A stretch of 64,000 nucleotides of DNA from Mesorhizobium sp. (GCA_051954615.1 JBQCHN010000096.1:17030-81029), one strand, 5' to 3'; counted from the first letter of the stretch, positions 9,732 to 18,419 are shown. Made by a program: numbers and translations. Notes: generated by a model not told the origin, from the sequence alone.

Positions 9732-12257
9732 CTAATTCGTTAGACGACTCTCGTCGGCATCCTCCGGATCACTAATCAAGTCGAGTGTCCAGGTGTTTTG
9801 GACCGTGTCATAACACGCTTCAAGTGACTGCAGTTGTGACGAAATCTGGTTTCTCTCTAAAGGCCGCCCGAGTTTATCTTCCGCCGCAGTCAAAATTTCA
9901 GTGAGCGTCAAAGGCTTTGAACTCTCTCCCATTATTGCGGCGACAACATCATGCAAACTCTCTCTTCGCGGTGATCCCCATTCTGTCAAATAAAGATAAC
10001 GGCCAGTGCTGACTCGCATACGGTCGTCGGAGGTTGAGAGGCTGAAGAAGGCGGTGACGGTCAATCCTGATGCTTTCAAAGCAGCCGATCTTTCCATCTC
10101 CGAATAATGCAAGCCTGCGCCACGAGTTCGAAGAAGGTGCACTACTCCGTCCAGCAATCGACGTTGGTCCGCTCTCTTTATCGGCACGTCTCGATCATTT
10201 AGCCCCCACACGCCCGGAGCAGTTCTGATCACCGGATCGATAGAGAAAATCTGGAAGAGCTTGTCTACACCGCGCGATGCCATCACGCGCTCCCGAAGCT
10301 CTTTGGTTGTAAGCGGCCCCCCAGCATTCTCTAGAGCCGCAATGGTCGCTTGTCGGATGTCGATCCGAAACTTATCATCCTGTCCATCCTTGATGTCCAG
10401 CGTCCACACGAGACGCCCGAGTCGCTCTACACCCCCAATGCGTTTTAGCGCGATATCCAGCAAGTACTTGTCGAACCTTTCTGCGTCTGGGATGTCACGC
10501 TCGGAGAGTTCAGCAACCAACTCCGACGTGTGCCATTGGCGGCCTCGTGGGCCCTCCGCGATAATCTGCTCTGCTTCCTCTGCAATCCTTAGCATCGTGT
10601 CCGCATCAACGACGACGTGCTTGTCGAGGCCATATGTGCCACGCCCGAACAGAAGGCCCACATTGGCCGCAGCGTTGTGAGCACGTCTGACGTCAAGATT
10701 GTGAGAAAAGCTCTGCGCAACTAGCTCGGGTAATTCTGAGTAGTGGAGCGGTCTATCTGAGGATGAGAGGGTCGCGTATACGAGATTTTCGGCAGATTTC
10801 CCGAAACTTGTGAGAATGCGGCCCTCAACGGTTTCGGTGAATTGAGCGTCGCGGGTGGCGGTTTCCCACAACAACTCGCGAAACTCGCGGCATTGATCTG
10901 GCAACAGCGGTAAGATCACGGATCTGCAATGCTCGTGCGACCAATTGTGGTCTGCGCCGTCATCAAGCAAGCGTCGAGAGGCAGAGACGGCGTCTTCCCA
11001 CTCACTTTGCCGCATTGCACCCAAGTATTGGACGCCATCAATTTCGATAACTCGTATTGGCGTAGATGCAACGTGTTCCAAAAGATACGCGAGGGTTTCT
11101 AAGTGATCGGCAATTCCAGAGAACCAAGCATCTGCAGCCTCCAGACCATGTAAGGGGATGGGCATAATCCGCTCTCTGATGATCTGGTCCACTCGGTGTG
11201 CCAACTCGTCATCCCAAGTCTCTAACTTGATGATGCGAGCAACCATCTTCGATTCAACTTGGCGAATGCGTTCACGAGTGACGCCAAAGCGTTCCCCGAG
11301 TTGTTGGAGGGTTTCAGCGGTGCCCCCATATCCCATACGACGGATAACAATCTCTCTTTGCCTTTCGGAGAGTGTAGCCAAGGACGCATCCAGCGATTCT
11401 AACAACGTCGACCATCGACGAACTTCATTTTTGTGAGAGTCGACGTCGCCCGATGGGCTACCGTAACTGTCTTCTGGGCCCCGATCCAACGCGGACATCA
11501 GAGAAGAGAACAGGTCCCAAGCAGATTTGCGCCCGAAATTCTGCATGTGCAGAAGGTCGTCAAGCGATAGTGACGCAAGATCGCCAATAGTCTTAATATT
11601 TTTCACGCTGAAGACGTTCGCCACTCGCACCGTTACATCGATCGACTCGACGGTTCGTTCGCTTAGCCAAGGCGGTGCGGCGCGGGCCACGCTGCATGGG
11701 TCTTTAGCTTCTCCAGTTAACATCTGCCCGAACCTGAAGAGCCCGAGATCGTGCCGAAGAGTGCGGGGTAACTTATGTTCAAAGTCCAGATAACTGGCCT
11801 CGTTGAATATGCCAAACTGGCGAAGCTGCTCCTCTCGATCCGCAAACTTCACAAGGAAACGGCGCACCCACCCGTCCGGGGACCATTCTTGGGCTTGCTG
11901 AACAGGAGTTGACGCGGGGCGAATCTTGTCCTCTAGTTCGTAGCCCCAGCCGCGCAAAGCTAGGTAGATTGGGATTCCTGCAACTTTCCCGAGAGACGTA
12001 GAGGAAGAGACAAACCCGGATGGCAGTCCATACTTTGCTGATTCAGTCAGCAGCAGATGGCCAGCGTGTTCACTGACAATCTCCTCAAAGTCGCGAGATG
12101 GAGGCCGGGAGAACCCAACGTGGAGCACGCCGACGCTAGCATCCGGCGATGGACGAGATTTCCAACTTTCGAGCAACTCTTCCAATTCACGATGGACGGT
12201 AACGGTCCATTCGGCATCATGCCGAAGCATCAAAAATGCCCGCAAAGGAATAGTCAT
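9732..12257 (-). CDS. 841-aa multi-domain DNA-binding protein: RNAP alpha-CTD-like HhH + sigma-70 region 4 HTH + several HARE/winged-helix modules
   Basis: Alpha-CTD-like segment: VRVANVFSVKNIKTIGDLASLSLDDLLHMQNFGRKSAWDL. Sigma r4-like segment: LSERQREIVIRRMGYGGTAETLQQLGERFGVTRERIRQVESKM. Repeated PL(T/H)..EL....wHTH-like segments occupy the C-terminal half. The start overlaps the upstream stop (TAATG). Confidence 0.8.
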   Translation of the reverse strand: MTIPLRAFLMLRHDAEWTVTVHRELEELLESWKSRPSPDASVGVLHVGFSRPPSRDFEEIVSEHAGHLLLTESAKYGLPSGFVSSSTSLGKVAGIPIYLALRGWGYELEDKIRPASTPVQQAQEWSPDGWVRRFLVKFADREEQLRQFGIFNEASYLDFEHKLPRTLRHDLGLFRFGQMLTGEAKDPCSVARAAPPWLSERTVESIDVTVRVANVFSVKNIKTIGDLASLSLDDLLHMQNFGRKSAWDLFSSLMSALDRGPEDSYGSPSGDVDSHKNEVRRWSTLLESLDASLATLSERQREIVIRRMGYGGTAETLQQLGERFGVTRERIRQVESKMVARIIKLETWDDELAHRVDQIIRERIMPIPLHGLEAADAWFSGIADHLETLAYLLEHVASTPIRVIEIDGVQYLGAMRQSEWEDAVSASRRLLDDGADHNWSHEHCRSVILPLLPDQCREFRELLWETATRDAQFTETVEGRILTSFGKSAENLVYATLSSSDRPLHYSELPELVAQSFSHNLDVRRAHNAAANVGLLFGRGTYGLDKHVVVDADTMLRIAEEAEQIIAEGPRGRQWHTSELVAELSERDIPDAERFDKYLLDIALKRIGGVERLGRLVWTLDIKDGQDDKFRIDIRQATIAALENAGGPLTTKELRERVMASRGVDKLFQIFSIDPVIRTAPGVWGLNDRDVPIKRADQRRLLDGVVHLLRTRGAGLHYSEMERSAALKASGLTVTAFFSLSTSDDRMRVSTGRYLYLTEWGSPRRESLHDVVAAIMGESSKPLTLTEILTAAEDKLGRPLERNQISSQLQSLEACYDTVQNTWTLDLISDPEDADESRLTN

Positions 12258-12637
12258 TACTCGCTAGCTTTCGCTGCGACCTGATCAAATATGGCCACGA
12301 AATCTAGATTCCCGTTTCGGGCTTGAGCCGAAAGCTCATTGACACCCCACTCGGCCAGCCGTTCAATCAGCCTGTACGGAGTTATTTCGGCGACCTCTTC
12401 CGGCATTAGCATTTCAACGGAACGACGGAATGACTGGTCGGGGTCCAACGAGCCTATATTCAGAAATGGCGAACGGTCCGATAGCTCAGGCGGGATGACG
12501 CCTTGTGCCAGTGCGAGAGAAACCGCAAATCGAAAGCCGTCCATCTTTTCTGCGAAAATGCCGCTCTCTTTGAGGTCGTCGAGCTTGTCGTTTCCAGCCT
12601 TCGACAACCCAATCGTCACGATTTCCTGTTGGCTCAT
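12257..12637 (-). CDS. DndE-like small DNA-binding protein (126 aa)
   Basis: Size, position directly after a DndD-like gene, and the pattern LSKAGNDKLDDLKESGI...FRFAVSLALAQG...LDFVAIF resemble DndE. ATGA overlap with the upstream gene. Confidence 0.5.
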   Translation of the reverse strand: MSQQEIVTIGLSKAGNDKLDDLKESGIFAEKMDGFRFAVSLALAQGVIPPELSDRSPFLNIGSLDPDQSFRRSVEMLMPEEVAEITPYRLIERLAEWGVNELSAQARNGNLDFVAIFDQVAAKASE

Positions 12638-14619
12638 AGCGCCACCCGCTCGATACGCGACTGGGTCGGAGAAACCTCTACAATCTGGTAAGTGCCGCCA
12701 ATTCTCGATCTGATGCTGCTCAAATCTGTATCGGGGCGGATTTCACCGCTATGGACAAGAAGCACAAACTGACTGGTGACCTCTGGCAGATATCCGAGGA
12801 TATTATCGCGATGGTTGAGGTCTAGTCTGCCAAACGGTGTATCCATTATAACTGGTCCTACCGCTCGGCCTGTACGATTCAAACCATCGATTAGGGACAG
12901 GGCCACAACTTGTTCAGCACCAGCACTTCTGATCGTTACTTTTCGCCCCATGTTATCGATGATGCTTAGTCCGTAGTTGGAATTGATCTCCAGGCCGCGA
13001 TAGCTTTTCTGCGTGGTCATCCTCCGAAAGGCATCATTTGCCAAATCTTCCACGCGCGATCGCAACCTATCTCGGAGTTTCTCGATGCTGGCTGCAAACA
13101 CGCGCTCTAGTTGCTGCGTGATATTGACTTTGGACGTGCTGCGGCGTGAGCGGGAGGCGGCCAGGCCTGCAATTGCCTTTTGAGCAATCGCCAGGTCCTG
13201 ACGCACTTTATCTATATCTTTCTTTACACGCTCGATATCGCTCTGAAGACGACCTTCCTCTTTCACAGCATCGTCTTTGAGCACCCGTTTTCGAGCCAAC
13301 TCGGCAGTGTCTTGGCCGCTGATCTCATCTTGTATCGATTCTATGTCGTTTTCAGTCCGCTGCAATTCGACCAACGATCGCCGCATGTCGCGATCAATCT
13401 CGCGTAGGCGATCTGCGGCGTTAACGCCTCGTATTTTACTAATTGATGCGAGTTGTCCCGCGATAGACTCAAGCTCGTTGGAAGTATCTTTAGCGCGAGA
13501 CAGTTCAGCCTCCAAAGAGCCAAGTTTGGTTCCGAACTCGTGATTGTGACCTGAGTCAACCTTTTGACCGCATGTTGGGCAAACACCTTTTGCAACTAAA
13601 TCTTGTAGTTGACGCACTGTACCCTCAAGCTTCGCTTGATGCTTGACCTCTTGCGTAAGTTCTCGGCGACGGTATTCGAGAGCCGATCGCTTTGTACTGA
13701 GCTTCGCATCCAATAGGTCTTGCCATGCTTGTCCCAAAAGTGTTCTTCTGTCGATCTCTTTTTGCCTGATAGTGATATCAAGATTTGATTTCACTAATTT
13801 CAAGCCATCAAGTTTCGCCTTTTGAGTAATTAGGGTATTCGCCGCCTCTAAATCATCTTCCAACTGCGTGCGCGACTTCCGTGTTTGCTCTAATTTTAGC
13901 TGGAGCGTATCCCGGTCACGTTCCAGAGCTTCTTGACGTGTCATCAAATCTCTTTGGTTTGCAGCTTGCCGCTCCAAGCCATTAATCTGCTGAAGTTCTA
14001 CTGCTTGTTGTTTCTGCGCTCCTTTGAGGATCGAGCCGAGTTCAGCCCGCCCCTTGGTTAGGGCCGGAACACCCAAGACATCCTCAATCGCCTCCTTGAT
14101 CTGTCGCCCTTGCTCGCTTCCTTCGATCAGGAGGCTCTCATATTCTTGCAAAAGTTCGCCGTCGAAAAGGAAGAAACGAGAGATTTGCTCCGGGGCGATC
14201 TGATCGATCTCTTGCTTAATTTGATCTCCGCTAACAGCAGAGCCATCCTTTGTCAGGTGCTCCGATACGGTGAAGTCTTCGGGGCGTGCTGGGATTGCGA
14301 CATTCGCTCGACGATCAGCGATTCGTCGAAGGTCATACATTGAGCCATTTGCTTCAAATTGAACGAAGACTTGAACGCGCCAATCTCCTGCCGCCGCAGC
14401 ATCTTTGTTCACGATATCTTGCATCGGGATTGGCCGAGAATGGCGGCCGATGGCTTTGCCGTAGAAGCCCCATCTCAAGGCGTTCAAGAAACTGGTTTTA
14501 CCCCGCATGTTGTCGCCGAACACGATCATGACATTTCGTTGCTCGTCCGTGGGGAATTCGAGCGACATGTCGCCGTGGTAGGGCATGAAGTTTCGTGCTG
14601 TGATCCGGTGTAATTTCAT
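12634..14619 (-). CDS. DndD-like SMC/Rad50-type ATPase (661 aa)
   Basis: Walker A GDNMRGKTSFLNALRWGFYG, FFLFDGELL, long coiled-coil middle with CPTCGQ, and C-terminal VIMDTPFGRLD. Confidence 0.8.
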   Translation of the reverse strand: MKLHRITARNFMPYHGDMSLEFPTDEQRNVMIVFGDNMRGKTSFLNALRWGFYGKAIGRHSRPIPMQDIVNKDAAAAGDWRVQVFVQFEANGSMYDLRRIADRRANVAIPARPEDFTVSEHLTKDGSAVSGDQIKQEIDQIAPEQISRFFLFDGELLQEYESLLIEGSEQGRQIKEAIEDVLGVPALTKGRAELGSILKGAQKQQAVELQQINGLERQAANQRDLMTRQEALERDRDTLQLKLEQTRKSRTQLEDDLEAANTLITQKAKLDGLKLVKSNLDITIRQKEIDRRTLLGQAWQDLLDAKLSTKRSALEYRRRELTQEVKHQAKLEGTVRQLQDLVAKGVCPTCGQKVDSGHNHEFGTKLGSLEAELSRAKDTSNELESIAGQLASISKIRGVNAADRLREIDRDMRRSLVELQRTENDIESIQDEISGQDTAELARKRVLKDDAVKEEGRLQSDIERVKKDIDKVRQDLAIAQKAIAGLAASRSRRSTSKVNITQQLERVFAASIEKLRDRLRSRVEDLANDAFRRMTTQKSYRGLEINSNYGLSIIDNMGRKVTIRSAGAEQVVALSLIDGLNRTGRAVGPVIMDTPFGRLDLNHRDNILGYLPEVTSQFVLLVHSGEIRPDTDLSSIRSRIGGTYQIVEVSPTQSRIERVAL

Positions 14620-14623
14620 CTGA

Positions 14624-14827
14624 CTAGCTCTGCAGGTGGTCGAGCATGTTTTTGACGTGTACGTCTATGAGCCTCTCCATCTCTATCTGAGACGCGGAGC
14701 GATCGTCGCTAAACTGAAAGCGCTTTTGGACCTGATAGCATTGCTTCAACAGGAGATCATCGACCGTCGGTTCCGCCTCTTGGCGAACCGAAAGTAGAGT
14801 CTCTAGGGTCAGGTCTTCGTCTGACAT
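14624..14827 (-). CDS. 67-aa acidic hypothetical protein
   Basis: Wedged between the helicase (1-nt TAATG overlap) and the DndD-like gene (4-nt gap). I count 14 D/E against 7 K/R. Confidence 0.55.
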   Translation of the reverse strand: MSDEDLTLETLLSVRQEAEPTVDDLLLKQCYQVQKRFQFSDDRSASQIEMERLIDVHVKNMLDHLQS

Positions 14828-16920
14828 TATTCGTCCCCCTCTATTCCGGTATCGGTTAGCGTGTCAGGATCAATACCAAGCTCGATGGCAATAGCCCGCA
14901 ACTCCGCACCACCAGCGCGATTTAACGCATGAGATGAAAACTCGATCGAGCGAACAAGTTCTGCCTTAAGAAGACCCATCTGATCTGACTCGTCTTCGGC
15001 ATTTACGGGTACAACGATCGCGTCGTGAATCACTGCCAAGTCTTTCTCGGGCGATTTTCGAAGTACGCGACCTCTACGTTGTATGAACTGCCTTGGGTTT
15101 TGGGATGAGGCCAGGATGAGCGCATGCGAGATCGAGGGAATATCGACACCTTCGTCAAGGCAGCGAATTGACACTAAAACGCCTCCAAAAGTGCGGAACC
15201 ATGTCAGAGTTGCATTGCGATCGCCACTCATCGAAGAGTGATACTCTACGGCATCAATACCAGCGTCTTTCAGACTTCCGAGGACGACTCCCAATTGATC
15301 CGCGTCTTCACAATAGACCAGCCAACTCTGACCTTTCTCGAAATGATTTTTTAGAACGCTCACCGCCAGTGCCACCTTTGCAGTGGCCTTCTTGGCAACA
15401 CGTGATCGTTGGATCAATAACATCTTGGCTCGTTCCGAAACGGACTTTTTTCCGTTCGAATCAGTGGGTTGTCTCGCAATTTCTTGACGTATCGAATGGG
15501 TGATCTTGCTCCATTCTTCTGCTTCTGTTGCCGAAAGGTGCACCGGGTGAGGGAAATATTCATATGGGACCAAGCGCCCGGCATTAATCGCATCATTTAT
15601 GGTGATGGGTGGTGGAACGACTTCTCCGAAATACTGGAACATCCTTGCGGTCCCGTCTTGGTCACCAAATCGCTGGGGAGTTGCGCTCAGTCCAAGACGA
15701 GGGCCTGATGCGAGATTGTAGACATTCGAATTTCGACGGCTCCCTGATTGGTGCACCTCATCTGCTACAAGCATCAGGTGATCGCCGCCCCTTACCAAAT
15801 TCAGAAAATCCAAACTCGATGCGGTTTGCATGGTCGACAGCACGATCCTAGCACCGAGTGAGGGATCGGGGTCCGTCATGCTTTGAAGGCGTCCAGCTTT
15901 TTTCCACCCGTCGTTTCCGCCTCCAGCTAGCATCAGAGCCGCAGACGGAACTTCTTCGCGAAGCTCTTTGGCCCACTGCTCCAAAAGCAATTGACTTGGC
16001 ACCAACACCAACGACGGTAGGCCCAGACTCAAGTGCTTATTGAGAGCGGTAATAGCCGTAAAAGTCTTGCCACTCCCTGTCGCATGCTCAAAAATGCCAC
16101 GGCGGCCACTAGCTTCCCAACGACTGATTGCATCCATCTGATGGGGTAGTGGGGTGCGCTTGTCGCGAACTGGCTGCAATTGCAGTTCCGTCACGTCGTC
16201 CAACCCTTTCAGAGCGTGTTTCTGCAGACGTTCGATAGCAACGCTGGGAAATGGAAACACTTCCACGTCCCGGTCGGTTTGTGACCATAGTGAATCGAAA
16301 TGATTTTCATGGCGATTAACACGCTCAGCTTCCAATCCACCGCGCCAGCTGCAAAAAACTTCTATTGATTCAAAGTTACCGCTTGGGTCCCATGCGCTCC
16401 ACGTCTCGTTAGCCGATCCTTTGAACGAAACTCTGTTGCCCAAACCGTCCGAGAAAATGCCCAATTTTTCGTGATATAGCCCCTTTCGATCTGATCGAAA
16501 TGCGAGCTTTATCTCCAACGCATTTACGGCGACCAGGGTCGCTAGAATGCGTGCGTGTTGTTGAGTCGTTGGTTCCGATAAGAGCTGGTCGATTTGCTCA
16601 ACCAATCGTTGAGCGACGTGGCTGCTTCGTTTCGCGTAACCGAGCACGATCGAGTCGATGTCTGATGGATCAAGCTCAGGCGAACAAATCAGACATATTT
16701 TCCCTCCGCGACGTGCGAAGTCTACAACACTGCCCCCCGTGACGACGAAAACCGTCGAACGGAAATATCCTGCCGCGCGCTTGTAGGTATTTGAGTGCTG
16801 GAGACAGGGTCTGTAGAAGCTCGTTGCGGGCGTCTCTTTGATTGAGCGGTACTCTGTACGGAGATTGAGCACGGATAGATCGCCGAGAAATTCGTTACGG
16901 ATCGTGCTGCTCCCGGTCAT
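14827..16920 (-). CDS. PLD-family (single HKD) nuclease fused to SF2 DEAD/DEAH-type helicase; restriction-enzyme-like
   Basis: HKD motif YHEKLGIFSD..FKGSANETW. Helicase motifs HATGSGKTFTAI, LVADEVHQSG, LSATP and QRRGRVLR. Confidence 0.85.
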   Translation of the reverse strand: MTGSSTIRNEFLGDLSVLNLRTEYRSIKETPATSFYRPCLQHSNTYKRAAGYFRSTVFVVTGGSVVDFARRGGKICLICSPELDPSDIDSIVLGYAKRSSHVAQRLVEQIDQLLSEPTTQQHARILATLVAVNALEIKLAFRSDRKGLYHEKLGIFSDGLGNRVSFKGSANETWSAWDPSGNFESIEVFCSWRGGLEAERVNRHENHFDSLWSQTDRDVEVFPFPSVAIERLQKHALKGLDDVTELQLQPVRDKRTPLPHQMDAISRWEASGRRGIFEHATGSGKTFTAITALNKHLSLGLPSLVLVPSQLLLEQWAKELREEVPSAALMLAGGGNDGWKKAGRLQSMTDPDPSLGARIVLSTMQTASSLDFLNLVRGGDHLMLVADEVHQSGSRRNSNVYNLASGPRLGLSATPQRFGDQDGTARMFQYFGEVVPPPITINDAINAGRLVPYEYFPHPVHLSATEAEEWSKITHSIRQEIARQPTDSNGKKSVSERAKMLLIQRSRVAKKATAKVALAVSVLKNHFEKGQSWLVYCEDADQLGVVLGSLKDAGIDAVEYHSSMSGDRNATLTWFRTFGGVLVSIRCLDEGVDIPSISHALILASSQNPRQFIQRRGRVLRKSPEKDLAVIHDAIVVPVNAEDESDQMGLLKAELVRSIEFSSHALNRAGGAELRAIAIELGIDPDTLTDTGIEGDE

Positions 16921-16942
16921 GAAGTTACAGCCGCCCTCGATT

Positions 16943-18076
16943 CTACTCTGCGAGGGACCCGGTAAATTCAGAGAACCGACCTTGTGAACCCCTTACGTAG
17001 TCAGGATCGGCTTCAACTCCGATCCATTTGCGTCCCAACGCTTGCGCGACGGCCCCGGTGGTGTTCGATCCTGCGAAGGGATCGAGAACCAAGTCATTGG
17101 GCGATGTCAGAAACTGCACAAAGAACGCTGAGAGCATTGCTTGCATGCGAGCGGGATGGGCGGGAAGATTATGCGTTTTGCAATAGTCGCGATAGTTTGC
17201 GTCCCACTTGGTGCCTGAGAATTTCAGGAGCGCTTCGGGCGCATTGGTTTCATCGGCAAGTTCAAGCACATTCGCTGAAATCGCTCCACCATGATCCCTT
17301 AGAAAGCCTGTTTCAGAAATCACGTGCCCAGATGGTCGAGCACCAGGATTGTATTTGCCTGTTTTGAGCAGGCGCTTCATGTCTTTGCTGTAAGGCTTAA
17401 GGACGTTGCGGTTGTCGGCCTTAGGGTCCTTGGACTTCGACATCCACCAGACGTGTGTGAATGAGTCCTTTAACCTGACCCGCTTGACGTTCACCCATGC
17501 TGCGGGGCTAGGTAGCCGGGCTGGATTGTGGCAGATCACATGCTGACAGAGATACAGTCCGGCAGATTTTTTGATTTCAAGTAGAGCTTCGAGTGGAAGC
17601 GTAGACATCACTGGAGCCCCTTCTTCCCAAGCGTTCCCGATCTCGATAACAATCGAGCCGTCGTCCGTCAGAAGTTCGGCTAGTGGTTTTGCGAGGGCGC
17701 TCAGCCACTCTATGTACGCCTGCCCAGTTTCATTTCCATAGCGTTTCTTTCGAACGAGCGGAAAGGGCGGCGATGTTACTATCAGATTAACCTTGCCCTT
17801 CAGGTCCAGTAAGGCAGCGGAATGAAGCGCGTGCTCAATTCTGCCATGAAGCATGGTCCCCGAACCTGTTTGGTAGGCCTTGACTACGGGACCGACCACG
17901 TCCTCCGACGGACCCGTCTCACTGACGGGCGATATCAGATGCAAATGCGCATTGACGGATATCTGCTTGCCTTTCGCCGTGTCAGCGATGGCTTTGCCCT
18001 CGGCTTCTCGACCGTTTTTCTCGACGCAACGAGCTTTCCTCACCACGCGCCCATTTTTTTGCGCATGCTCATTCAA
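16943..18076 (-). CDS. beta-class N4-cytosine/N6-adenine DNA methyltransferase
   Basis: Motif IV IVTSPPFPL comes before motif I VLDPFAGSNTTGAVA. SPPF favours m4C, but this is not decisive. Confidence 0.85.
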   Translation of the reverse strand: MNEHAQKNGRVVRKARCVEKNGREAEGKAIADTAKGKQISVNAHLHLISPVSETGPSEDVVGPVVKAYQTGSGTMLHGRIEHALHSAALLDLKGKVNLIVTSPPFPLVRKKRYGNETGQAYIEWLSALAKPLAELLTDDGSIVIEIGNAWEEGAPVMSTLPLEALLEIKKSAGLYLCQHVICHNPARLPSPAAWVNVKRVRLKDSFTHVWWMSKSKDPKADNRNVLKPYSKDMKRLLKTGKYNPGARPSGHVISETGFLRDHGGAISANVLELADETNAPEALLKFSGTKWDANYRDYCKTHNLPAHPARMQAMLSAFFVQFLTSPNDLVLDPFAGSNTTGAVAQALGRKWIGVEADPDYVRGSQGRFSEFTGSLAE

Positions 18077-18262
18077 TCAAGAATTACCCCGCCAGCGTCC
18101 GAATCGCTTTGATCTTACAGACGCACCTTTACCCCGCAATGAATTGTTACAAGAAGCAGGATAGCAACACACGTCAAGTGAAAAACGGGTCATGCTCAGC
18201 GAGATCGAGCGGAAATTTGATGCTAAGCAGCCGACAGGAGTCGACTGGACTCTCGGCGACCG

Positions 18263-18293
18263 ACAACAAGCCAAGCGTTTCCGGGCTTGTTGT
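18263..18293. promoter_or_regulatory. perfect 10-bp inverted repeat (ACAACAAGCC N11 GGCTTGTTGT) in divergent intergenic region
   Basis: Read directly from the sequence. It lies between the MTase start (18076, minus strand) and the NYN gene start (18420, plus strand). Confidence 0.4.
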
Positions 18294-18419
18294 GATTATT
18301 GCGACAAGGCGGAAATCCGACGACGAGGGGCAATCAGGTATGTTTCTCGGATATTGGGTCAGTGAATTCGATGCTACCCGATCGTCTCGGGCGGATGAAA
18401 TTTTTGGTTGGAGATCGCC

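Noticed and set aside
9732-18076. Calling the operon a canonical Dnd or Ssp phosphorothioation system
   Set aside because: Only DndD-like and DndE-like genes are present. The window contains no DndA/IscS, DndB, DndC/SspD, SspB, DptFGH, PbeABCD or SspE.
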